Source of the DNA: Zestosphaera tikiterensis
Lineage (GTDB): Archaea > Thermoproteota > Thermoprotei_A > Sulfolobales > NBVN01
Length of the DNA stretch: 32,000 nucleotides
Direction of reading: 5' to 3'
Assembly: GCA_003056265.1 (NCBI GenBank)
Contig: NBVN01000001.1
Location: forward strand, 90,001 to 122,000
The position numbers and the translations under genes are program-made. Positions within the stretch are counted from its first letter, which is position 1. Each line of letters begins with the position of its first letter. This document shows, piece by piece, positions 17,015 through 24,787 of the stretch. The notes beneath the pieces are model-generated. The model ran no database searches and was not told the origin of the DNA. It saw nothing but the letters and a program-made list of their open reading frames with translations.

Positions 17015-18754
17015 TCAAGCCGTGAAGTAACCGTGGAAAACTAGGTAGGTAAGGATAGGTATCAAATTAACAAGCAAAAGCATTATAAGCAAGCCCTTCT
17101 CCGCAATACCTCCTAAAGTGTTTAAGCTCTCCATTAGAGTAAACACTTTAGGACCTACGTATTTAAACCCGTTGAAGGTTAGGTTAAACGTTCTATATTT
17201 CGACGGTGCTTCATCGCTGACAGCTTTAGTTATGGCTTCTGCTACAGTTTTAGTAAGTCCCGGGCAGTCTTTAACTATTTCATAGGGTGATTCTTTTAAG
17301 GAGGCTGCGCAGCTATGGTCGTCAGGCGTAACAACTTCAAAGTCTTTAAATACGTTTAACGACCTTATAGATTTATCGAGTAAGGCTCTATAGCTTTTAT
17401 CCATGTTATTACCGTAAATATACACTATCCCATATCTTTCACCACCTACATTTAAAGACAGGACCTTAACTGTAGGATCGCATAAATCATAACATAACGG
17501 GCTAGCCCTGCTTTCACCATAGCCTACCTTAATCGGTAGCATCGCATCACATCGATAGGATTTCAAAGTATTCTCCACTAAAGGTATGAGGACGTCAGGG
17601 TCCAATACTTTATCCCCTTTAAACGCGTGTGCGTCGGCAATCACGGCTACGTCAAGATGTTTAACGCGGCTCTCCAGCAAGTCCCATAAAACGGCGGGTA
17701 TGTCGTCATTACCTAAAGTTTTATTAGACACTAACATTACTATGAAGTCATCGCTGATTAAGTTAAAGGAAGTCCATCCATCTTCAAGAACTGTCCTGTA
17801 AGGACGACATACGTGGGATTTACCGTTATTACCGCTTACCAAGTTGTAAATAGCGTTTCCAAGCTCTCTAGCCAATCTACCAGCATCACGGTTACTCGTT
17901 AAGTTATGTTCGTGGGATCCTGCCGTGTGAAACGTTAGAACTTTAACCTTAGGCTCGAGAACCCCCCTTAATTGATGGATGAAGTTTGAAGACCCGACGT
18001 TCTTAAAAGGTCCGTAATGCATTTTAGGGAAGATAAGCGCTATAGGTTTTGAATCCCCCCTTAGAAATACAAGCCCCTTAACGACTACGGATTCGTTGCC
18101 GTTACCGCCTATGTTGTTGAATAGGTTCTCCAGGCTTTCCGGATCTCCAGTAAGCCATGTATTAAGGAAAGCCCTCAAAGCTTTAAGAGGTGAAACCCCA
18201 CTTAATGACCTACCCTTAAACTCTATGTAGGTTATGAATAGCACACCAATTAAAAGCGACGTTACTTCAACTAAACCTATAAGCGTTAAGTTGTAGATGC
18301 CGTTACCTAAGAACAACTCGTTAATCGCGATGTAAGTTAATAACGGCGCTGTTGAGGACATGATCAAAGCGGTTGTAGGTTTTACGAAAGCCGACAACAC
18401 AACGTATATGAAGCCGGAACTTGCTACTAAGCCCGAAGCCTTAAGTCCTGTAAGCCTGAAAAAGACGATTTCAGCCGGCAAGGAAACAACGTAAGTAACT
18501 AAAGAAACGCCTAAAACTCTTTTAACGTTAAATACCTTACTCAACAGTAAGGTTAAGTAGATCAACGTTAGAATAACGCCTATGGCTAAGTAACTTAGGA
18601 AGGACTCCATGAAGCCTTTGAAGTCGTAACTACGTGCGTTTATGAAGCTTGTCAACGATATAAGACCTACGTAAACAGCGAGGATAATCCTCCTCCTAGG
18701 CAACACACTCAACTTATCGTAGTACTTCCTAACTATTACTTCAACACTCATCAC
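17015..18754 (-). CDS. polytopic membrane protein with large soluble C-terminal region (DUF2070-like)
   Basis: The N-terminal roughly 190 aa contain about 6 hydrophobic helices, followed by a roughly 350-aa soluble region and a final C-terminal TM helix. The size and architecture match the archaeal DUF2070 family as I remember it. No catalytic motif was recognised. Confidence 0.45.
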   Translation of the reverse strand: MMSVEVIVRKYYDKLSVLPRRRIILAVYVGLISLTSFINARSYDFKGFMESFLSYLAIGVILTLIYLTLLLSKVFNVKRVLGVSLVTYVVSLPAEIVFFRLTGLKASGLVASSGFIYVVLSAFVKPTTALIMSSTAPLLTYIAINELFLGNGIYNLTLIGLVEVTSLLIGVLFITYIEFKGRSLSGVSPLKALRAFLNTWLTGDPESLENLFNNIGGNGNESVVVKGLVFLRGDSKPIALIFPKMHYGPFKNVGSSNFIHQLRGVLEPKVKVLTFHTAGSHEHNLTSNRDAGRLARELGNAIYNLVSGNNGKSHVCRPYRTVLEDGWTSFNLISDDFIVMLVSNKTLGNDDIPAVLWDLLESRVKHLDVAVIADAHAFKGDKVLDPDVLIPLVENTLKSYRCDAMLPIKVGYGESRASPLCYDLCDPTVKVLSLNVGGERYGIVYIYGNNMDKSYRALLDKSIRSLNVFKDFEVVTPDDHSCAASLKESPYEIVKDCPGLTKTVAEAITKAVSDEAPSKYRTFNLTFNGFKYVGPKVFTLMESLNTLGGIAEKGLLIMLLLVNLIPILTYLVFHGYFTA

Positions 18755-18828
18755 AGTTCCTAAGAGGTTTCTGGGTAAGTCTTTTTATTTTTTAATTAAG
18801 TAGTGAACTGTAAAGTATGGTGTAATAG

Positions 18829-19605
18829 ATGCTCCACTTAAAGATGTATGTGAAGAGCCGTACCTCATTTAAATCCTCTGTGTTGGCGTTGATTTTTATA
18901 GCGTTGTTCACCACCGCATCAACTATCCACACCAGCTACGGATACTCTCAAGTAGATTATTACCTAAACACCGACGGAAGCACCACTATCCACATAACTT
19001 TAAGGGATGTAAACACCGGAAACATCTCGTTGATGTTGGAAGGCACGCCCATACCGGAGACTATAGTGGCTCAGGATATCTACGGAATACCGTTAACTAC
19101 GGAGCTACGTGGAAATACGTTAATAGTGGAATCCGTCGGCAACGCAAGTGAGATACGCGTAAGTTACGTAACTATAAACTCGATAAACGTAAGTGAAGGT
19201 ATAATTAAATATGTCCTTAACCCACCCTCCTTAAGTAACGTTTACATACCGTCGAACATGGCTTTAGTGAATTACACAGGCAAACCAGACTTAAGCCTCA
19301 TAGATTCTTACGTAGTCCTCACATACCCCCAGAGAGGTACTTACGTAGTGACTGTCGCCCTTATCCCTCAGGCAGTTACCGAAGCTTCGTTAACAACAAT
19401 GACATACACATACGTTACGTCCGTTACTGTTAAACAAAGTTCAAACACGCAAGCAACTTTAACGTCAACTACGCAAGCTTCTCAAAGTACGTTTCCAACA
19501 CCTTCTAACACTTCCGGTCGAGGTGCGGCCTTAATTCTAGGTGTGATAGCGGTAGGTATAGCTATAGCGGCATTCATCCTCTACTTGACTTTAAGAAGGA
19601 AGTAG
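18829..19605 (+). CDS. secreted, C-terminally anchored surface protein of unknown function
   Basis: It has an N-terminal signal/TM segment (SSVLALIFIALFTTAS), a beta-rich body with many N-x-S/T sequons, a Ser/Thr/Gln-rich stalk, and a C-terminal TM helix with an RRK tail. Confidence 0.6.
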   Translation: MLHLKMYVKSRTSFKSSVLALIFIALFTTASTIHTSYGYSQVDYYLNTDGSTTIHITLRDVNTGNISLMLEGTPIPETIVAQDIYGIPLTTELRGNTLIVESVGNASEIRVSYVTINSINVSEGIIKYVLNPPSLSNVYIPSNMALVNYTGKPDLSLIDSYVVLTYPQRGTYVVTVALIPQAVTEASLTTMTYTYVTSVTVKQSSNTQATLTSTTQASQSTFPTPSNTSGRGAALILGVIAVGIAIAAFILYLTLRRK

Positions 19606-19617
19606 GGTTTTTGAACT

Positions 19618-20772
19618 TCACTTAAACTTAGGTAGTTTCTCCTTAAAGCTTTCAAACTTAGGATGTCTAATATAGTCTAATGACGTACCCCTAGCTTCTT
19701 TAATCTTAAGGTGGTTAACGACTTCCTTGTAGGCACCGCCTACTAAACCATCACCTATTAACGCATACCCCTGCGCTGTTTCCTTAGATTTCTTAGCACC
19801 TCGTAAGTTACCGACGGGTTCTAAAACCACATGCCTAAATATAGGACTTCTCTGAAGTCTTAAGTTAAGCTCGTCTATAACCTCCTTAATTTTCGAAAGC
19901 CTTCCTGAAGTGAGGAAATACTTCGGTAGCCCTGTTGACGGTATTAACGCATGAGCGGCTTTAACTATACCTTCTATGAATGAATTCCATGCTTGATAGC
20001 AGATTTCATTAACGTTTAAACATTTAATCAGCTCCTCGAATGTTTTAACTTTAGCTATGTATGAAACACCGCCCGTAAAGACGTCTGTCTTAACCCACTC
20101 CTTAATTAATTGCGCTACCTCTAAATCGGCGTAAGACATCGTTAGAAATCCAGGACCTAACATCGTAGTGCCTCCGAACGCGTCCACAACGACACCTTCC
20201 TTAACACCTATCACCGCGTTATAACCGAAACCCATCTCAGCAAGTATGAAGTTAACTTCGTCTAAGGGTATGTTATGTTTTTCCGCAGTTTTATATACGG
20301 CTAACGCTGTAACAGCTAATTTATCTGCCGTACCTAAGTCTACCTTATTGAACTTTCTGTAAGTAGGTACTGTAGGTAGGTTTATAATTCCAGGTATGAA
20401 AACCACCGGGAGTTTCATCTTTTTAAACTCACGCACCATACCAACCATCGCGTAATATATGAAGGATCCTACATCACCTCTTGAAACACCTTCTAAGATT
20501 TCCTCCTTCCTAGCGAGGAGTATGTATGTGTAGTACCAATCCTCGAAAATATCGTCTGGTATTTCATCTATGTACGTAATCTCCACTCCGTAACCGGAAG
20601 GACCTACGACTAAATCAATAGGGTTTAGCTTTAAGATATGTTTAACGATAATGTTAGGGTTTAAAGCAGCTTCGTAGGAGTCTATAGATAACTCATCCTT
20701 AACTATCCCGTCTTCAAGGAGGCATATGTCGATGGTTTTAGTGCCAGGGTCTACCCCTACTACCCTAACCAA
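19618..20772 (-). CDS. ASKHA-superfamily (actin/sugar-kinase fold) protein, DUF1464-like
   Basis: The N-terminus VVGVDPGTKTIDICLL is a phosphate-1 type motif of the acetate/sugar kinase-Hsp70-actin fold. The length is about 380 aa and the substrate is unknown. The start codon is TTG. Confidence 0.5.
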   Translation of the reverse strand: MVRVVGVDPGTKTIDICLLEDGIVKDELSIDSYEAALNPNIIVKHILKLNPIDLVVGPSGYGVEITYIDEIPDDIFEDWYYTYILLARKEEILEGVSRGDVGSFIYYAMVGMVREFKKMKLPVVFIPGIINLPTVPTYRKFNKVDLGTADKLAVTALAVYKTAEKHNIPLDEVNFILAEMGFGYNAVIGVKEGVVVDAFGGTTMLGPGFLTMSYADLEVAQLIKEWVKTDVFTGGVSYIAKVKTFEELIKCLNVNEICYQAWNSFIEGIVKAAHALIPSTGLPKYFLTSGRLSKIKEVIDELNLRLQRSPIFRHVVLEPVGNLRGAKKSKETAQGYALIGDGLVGGAYKEVVNHLKIKEARGTSLDYIRHPKFESFKEKLPKFK

Positions 20773-20844
20773 GCCTCAACCCTTAAGTCCTTTTGATGAG
20801 GCTATTTTAAATCTGTTAATTCCTAGAGATATTAAGGTGGTTAA

Positions 20845-21744
20845 GTGCCTCAAATAATTATATTGGGTGAGGCCTGTCTAGATGTGGAGTTATGCTTGAG
20901 TAAGTTAAGGACAAAGCAGAAGTTGGTGAACACGTATCGAGTTGTTCCAGGCGGTTCCGCAGGAAACGTGGCTATGACTCTTAAATCTTACGGTGTGGGT
21001 TTAAGGCTTTACACACCTTCGGGCGGCGATTACGTTGAGAAAATCCTTAAGGAAATGCTTGACTCTTTACGTATGGCTGACGACGTAGTTTACGTTAGGG
21101 GTTCAGGTCAAACCTGCTTAGTAACGCATGTAGTAAGTGGTAGCAGAAGGTATGTCTATACATACAGAGGACCCACGCATACATCGTTGAAAAGCGTACT
21201 TAACGAGTTAGATCTTAAACACACTCGAATATTTCACATATCGGGTTACGGGCTTGAACTATTTCCAGATAGTGAGGTAAGGGAGTTCATCAACATAGTT
21301 AAGAATTCAGGCGTAATGCTATCCTTCGATTTATTTCCACGAATAGACCTCTTAAGCCCTGAATTCGTTAAATACCTACTTCAAAACGTTGATTTACTGT
21401 TCGGTAATGAGCTTGAGTTTAAAATACTTAGTGATTTACTCGAAGGCTTAACTCCTAAAACCTTAAGTGTTGAGAAACCGGATAGGCATGTAATAGTTAA
21501 AATGGGTGGTAGAGGGGCATGCCTCTACATTAAAGGCAGGAAACACTGTTTTAAACCACCTAAGGTACGAGTCGTAAGCAGTAGAGGTGCTGGCGACGTC
21601 TTAGTTGCTACGTTCCTTAAAGACCTCCTCATAGGAGTTGAAGCAATTGAAGCCTTAAGCGATTCCGTTGAGGTAGCGTCGCAACACGTAGCGGGTGAAG
21701 GTCCCTTAAATAAATTCATTAAAAGACTAAGTAATTGGGGTTAA
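20845..21744 (+). CDS. PfkB-family carbohydrate/nucleoside(-phosphate) kinase
   Basis: It has the N-terminal GGSAGNVA motif and the C-terminal anion-hole motif SSRGAGDVLVATF (GAGD), in a ribokinase-like length of 299 aa. A GTG start is preceded by an AGGTGG Shine-Dalgarno-like sequence. Confidence 0.8.
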   Translation: MPQIIILGEACLDVELCLSKLRTKQKLVNTYRVVPGGSAGNVAMTLKSYGVGLRLYTPSGGDYVEKILKEMLDSLRMADDVVYVRGSGQTCLVTHVVSGSRRYVYTYRGPTHTSLKSVLNELDLKHTRIFHISGYGLELFPDSEVREFINIVKNSGVMLSFDLFPRIDLLSPEFVKYLLQNVDLLFGNELEFKILSDLLEGLTPKTLSVEKPDRHVIVKMGGRGACLYIKGRKHCFKPPKVRVVSSRGAGDVLVATFLKDLLIGVEAIEALSDSVEVASQHVAGEGPLNKFIKRLSNWG

Positions 21745-21748
21745 GCCC

Positions 21749-22579
21749 TTGGTTGAAGGAGGTAGTAAATTCTTAATCGGTGTGGTGCATCTACCGAGGC
21801 TTCCCAACACCTCATACAGAGGGGAGATTAGCATATCTTCATTAATTGATAAGGCCGTTGAGGATGCCTCCCTACTAGTTAATGAGGGGTTTGACGCAGT
21901 GTTAATTGAGAATTTCGGGGATAGCCCATACCTGAAGAGAGTTAGAGACCCTCTAACCATCGCTTCAATGACCGTGATAGTTAAGGAAGTCGTTAAAAAC
22001 GTTAAAGCACCGGTAGGCATTAACTTACTTAGGAATTCAGGCCGTGAGGCGTATTCGATAGCTGTAGCTACCGGCGCTAAATTCATTCGTGTCAACGCTC
22101 TCGTGGAGACTTTAGTTACTGATTCAGGGGTTATAGAGCCTGAAGCTCCTAAACTGAGGTCAGTGAGGATTAACTACCCAGGGGTTGAGATCTTTGCTGA
22201 CGTGGTATGTAAGCATGCGGCAAGCCTTACATTTACACATAAATACCATCAACTCCTAGGGCTTTCAGATAAGGCATATGATGAAGCTCTAGAATCTTTA
22301 GTATCAGATCTTATAGAAAGAGGAGGAGCTAACGCAATAGTGGTTACCGGGCTTAAGACAGGGGTAGAGCCTGAGGAGTACTTGCTGAAGAAAGTTAAGG
22401 AGTTCTCCAAAGTGCCGATCTTAATAGGTAGTGGTTTAAACCCTCAAAACGCTGGAAAACTTCTAAAATATGCTGATGGGGCTATAGTAGGTTCCTACAT
22501 TAGAGAAAATGGAAAAGCAGGCAATCCAATAAGTCTAAGTAGAGTGCGGGAATTGATTAAAGCAGTTAAAGATCTCTAG
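21749..22579 (+). CDS. BtpA/SgcQ-family TIM-barrel protein
   Basis: IGVVHLPRLP...EGFDAVLIENFGDSPY is the hallmark N-terminal block of the BtpA/SgcQ family. The gene starts 4 nt after the PfkB gene, so the two are probably co-transcribed. Confidence 0.75.
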   Translation: MVEGGSKFLIGVVHLPRLPNTSYRGEISISSLIDKAVEDASLLVNEGFDAVLIENFGDSPYLKRVRDPLTIASMTVIVKEVVKNVKAPVGINLLRNSGREAYSIAVATGAKFIRVNALVETLVTDSGVIEPEAPKLRSVRINYPGVEIFADVVCKHAASLTFTHKYHQLLGLSDKAYDEALESLVSDLIERGGANAIVVTGLKTGVEPEEYLLKKVKEFSKVPILIGSGLNPQNAGKLLKYADGAIVGSYIRENGKAGNPISLSRVRELIKAVKDL

Positions 22580-22611
22580 TTAGTTCTGCCTATAAAGCTC
22601 TGGAAACGTGT

Positions 22612-22644
22612 GTTAAGTCTTAATTAGTAGAATTAAGACTTAAC
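22612..22644. repeat. perfect 14-bp inverted repeat with 5-nt spacer (possible terminator hairpin or protein binding site)
   Basis: The repeat reads GTTAAGTCTTAATT-AGTAG-AATTAAGACTTAAC and lies 33 nt downstream of the BtpA-family stop codon. Confidence 0.7.
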
Positions 22645-22767
22645 CATGAACATAGTTAAACCACGAATGTTGGGCGTTGTTAACGTTAATTAAAATTTCT
22701 TCAAACTAGTAAATATTTATTTAAATGATCGATGATTACTTGCGTGAGTAAAGCTTAAAAACTATAC

Positions 22768-22878
22768 CTAATGTCTAAAGATGGGGGTTGAACCCCCCGG
22801 CGATGTAAGATGTCGAAGAAGGGAAAGAAGGAAGTAAAGAAAGAAGAAAAGAAGGAAGAAAAGAAGGCTTAACCTCAT
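22768..22878 (-). CDS. candidate small hydrophobic peptide ORF (36 aa) MRLSLLFFLLFFFLYFLLSLLRHLTSPGGSTPIFRH
   Basis: This ATG-to-TAG ORF is exactly antisense to the polypurine tract. It encodes one predicted TM helix plus a polar tail. On the minus strand a T5 run (plus-strand 22757-22761) begins 7 nt after the stop, and AT-rich TATA-like boxes lie upstream (22887-22916). Coding status is unproven. Confidence 0.25.
   Translation of the reverse strand: MRLSLLFFLLFFFLYFLLSLLRHLTSPGGSTPIFRH
22810..22872 (+). CDS. candidate micro-ORF, 20-aa Lys/Glu-rich peptide MSKKGKKEVKKEEKKEEKKA
   Basis: An ATG-to-TAA ORF lies inside a 53-nt polypurine tract. A TATA-like CTTAAAAAC sits near 22754-22762 and a T5-containing oligo-T stretch at 22938-22950. 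Coding status is unproven, and the transcript may be a non-coding antisense RNA. Confidence 0.25.
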   Translation: MSKKGKKEVKKEEKKEEKKA

Positions 22879-22937
22879 TGATGTGGTTTATAATGTTATA
22901 AGGTAATCAATAATTAGTGCTATCCAAGCTTAACTGC

Positions 22938-22950
22938 TTTTTGTTATTTT
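22938..22950 (+). terminator. oligo-T archaeal terminator candidate
   Basis: The sequence TTTTTGTTATTTT on the + strand lies downstream of the polypurine micro-ORF. Confidence 0.4.
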
Positions 22951-23024
22951 AAATCCTATATTAACATGATTTTCAATTTTAAGATATATCGTTTATGTCG
23001 TTAATGAAAGAGTTTTAGATATAG

Positions 23025-23429
23025 TTATTTTTCAGCACTTAATAGTAAAGGCCTGACCAGCTTAACGCCTTTTAAGTTCATTAACTCGCTTAAGAGGTTT
23101 TTAATTTCTGAAGCTTCCCCCTTAACTACGAGGAGTAACATGCAGTCCCTCTCGTTTAAGTGTATGTGTAGGGCTGAAATCACGTTTTGAAGGTATTTAT
23201 GCTGTATGTCTGTCAGAGCTTCATCTACGTCGTTTACTTCGTGGTCGTAAACAAGGCCTAAAACACCTGTTACTTTACCTCCGTATCTCCACTTATGCTC
23301 GAGTATGAAAAGGTTTAACGCTTCCCTAACAGCTACGGATCTACTCTTAATTCCTAAAGCCTGCATACACCTACTTAACTCGATCATGAGGTCTTCAGGT
23401 ACGTAAACCCCGAATTTACCGCTACCCAT
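23025..23429 (-). CDS. nikR: nickel-responsive regulator NikR
   Basis: The N-terminal RHH domain is FGVYVPEDLMIELSRCMQALGIKSRSVAVREALNLFI. The C-terminal domain has His77, His88, His90 and Cys96, the same spacing as the four high-affinity Ni ligands of E. coli NikR (H76, H87, H89, C95). The gene starts 11 nt after the RuBisCO stop. Confidence 0.8.
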   Translation of the reverse strand: MGSGKFGVYVPEDLMIELSRCMQALGIKSRSVAVREALNLFILEHKWRYGGKVTGVLGLVYDHEVNDVDEALTDIQHKYLQNVISALHIHLNERDCMLLLVVKGEASEIKNLLSELMNLKGVKLVRPLLLSAEK

Positions 23430-23440
23430 TTAACGTAACC

Positions 23441-24766
23441 TCAAGCTATTCGTGAAAGACCCCACTTCTCTAATGCTTTCTTTAACTCCTTATGTTCTTC
23501 GGCGTATTCCTCCAGCGATATCCCTTTGATGAAAGCGTCGACAGCCTGCCTAACGGCCATCGCACCTTCTCTAGGCCCTCCGGGATGTCCTAAAACACCG
23601 CCACCGACTTGAATGACTAAGTCTACGCCCAACGCTTTAAGAACTTCAGGCAACGTCCCTGGGTGGAGACCTCCGGAGGACGTAGGCAGTACTGGCTTCA
23701 CCGCATTCCAAGGTTGCCTCATATGGTATGGATCACCTGCTTCGAGCTCGTAAACCTCATCCCTTAAGACTTTAGCGTAGTTGATTACGTCTTTAGCTTT
23801 AGCTTCCAGCTTACCTACTTCAGGTGTTCCTATATGTAGTTGATCAACGCCTATAAGTCTGTAGAGCTTAGCTAATGTGAACATCGACATACCGTGTGTT
23901 GAACTTCTCGTAAATGCTGCGTGGAAAGCTCTATGTGCGTGAATGCCTAAGCCGTACTCCTCAGCTAAGTCTCTAATGTAAGTTAATGAAGACCACCCAG
24001 CTATGACCACATCAACCATTACGAACGGGTTTCCATAGTCCGCTACTAGCTTTAACCTCCTCTCCATCTCCCTAACGTCAGCTGTTATGTTAGCTAGCCA
24101 GACCTTCCTCTCACCGGTTTCCTTCTCAGCTTTATCTATAGCCCTCATCAAATGTTTAGCTCTAGCTTCAAACCTGCAGAAGGATGGGGACGCTAGGTTT
24201 TCATCGTCTTTAACGAAGTCCATACCTCCGGAGAGGAACTCGTAGGCTACCTGCTCAAGCTCTTCAGCTGTAAAACCAACTTTAGGCTTAGGTACCGTAC
24301 CGAGTATAGGCCTATCATAAACTTTATATACATCTCTAACACCTTTAATCCCCTTCACAGGCCCTTTGAAGTACTTCATGAATGACTTAGGCATGTAGAT
24401 ATCCTCAACCCTTAAACCCTTAACCCTCCTCATACCGAATACATTACCCGCCACTGAAGCTAAGAACGCAGGTAAGTTACCCTCCTCAAAAAGCTCAACT
24501 GGATACGCAATACGTGCTAACACAGAACCATCGCCTAAATCAATCAATTCGTAAGCCTTACCCATAAGCTTCCAAATCCTCTCAGGTAGAACCGCTAAAG
24601 TCGTCCAAGTACCTACGCTACTCTCAGAAGCTACAGCACCCACAACGTCTTCAAGACTGAAACCTTCGGCAGGCGTTACCTTAAACGTAACGATTACGTC
24701 GTTCTCTAGATCTGGTTTATAATCTCTCTTAACAAACACGTTATACCATTCAAACTTCTCAGCCAT
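23441..24766 (-). CDS. rbcL: type III ribulose-1,5-bisphosphate carboxylase/oxygenase large subunit
   Basis: The N-terminus MAEKFEWY..., the SESSVGTWTT block, GGMDFVKDDE (the carbamylated-Lys region), HRAFHA and GGGVLGHPGG are RuBisCO large-subunit motifs. The length and N-terminus match archaeal form III. The listed ORF extends 10 codons further, to TTG 24796, but ATG 24766 aligns with known form III N-termini. Confidence 0.9.
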   Translation of the reverse strand: MAEKFEWYNVFVKRDYKPDLENDVIVTFKVTPAEGFSLEDVVGAVASESSVGTWTTLAVLPERIWKLMGKAYELIDLGDGSVLARIAYPVELFEEGNLPAFLASVAGNVFGMRRVKGLRVEDIYMPKSFMKYFKGPVKGIKGVRDVYKVYDRPILGTVPKPKVGFTAEELEQVAYEFLSGGMDFVKDDENLASPSFCRFEARAKHLMRAIDKAEKETGERKVWLANITADVREMERRLKLVADYGNPFVMVDVVIAGWSSLTYIRDLAEEYGLGIHAHRAFHAAFTRSSTHGMSMFTLAKLYRLIGVDQLHIGTPEVGKLEAKAKDVINYAKVLRDEVYELEAGDPYHMRQPWNAVKPVLPTSSGGLHPGTLPEVLKALGVDLVIQVGGGVLGHPGGPREGAMAVRQAVDAFIKGISLEEYAEEHKELKKALEKWGLSRIA

Positions 24767-24787
24767 AAACGAAACCTCAAGTAAGTA

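Noticed and set aside
21727-22095. A 122-aa minus-strand ORF, plus the similar short antisense ORFs in the track: 89-274, 2362-2601, 3848-4153, 4624-4821, 5245-5487, 6920-7162, 8888-9106, 9057-9305, 15203-15538, 16142-16336, 16343-16579, 17586-17801, 21525-21719, 25013-25231, 25815-26000, 28856-29092 and 29754-29987.
   Set aside because: Each lies inside and antisense to a longer ORF with clear family motifs. None carries a recognisable motif or its own promoter context.
22771-22791. A 6-codon micro-ORF, MSKDGG-stop, upstream of the polypurine tract.
   Set aside because: It is too short to evaluate, and it ends inside the G5/C5 hairpin. It is noted only because it shares the MSK start with the 20-aa ORF.
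23055-23070. A partial third copy (CGCCTTTTAAG) of the 19-mer promoter-like motif.
   Set aside because: The match is only 11 nt and lies inside the nikR coding sequence, so it is consistent with chance.
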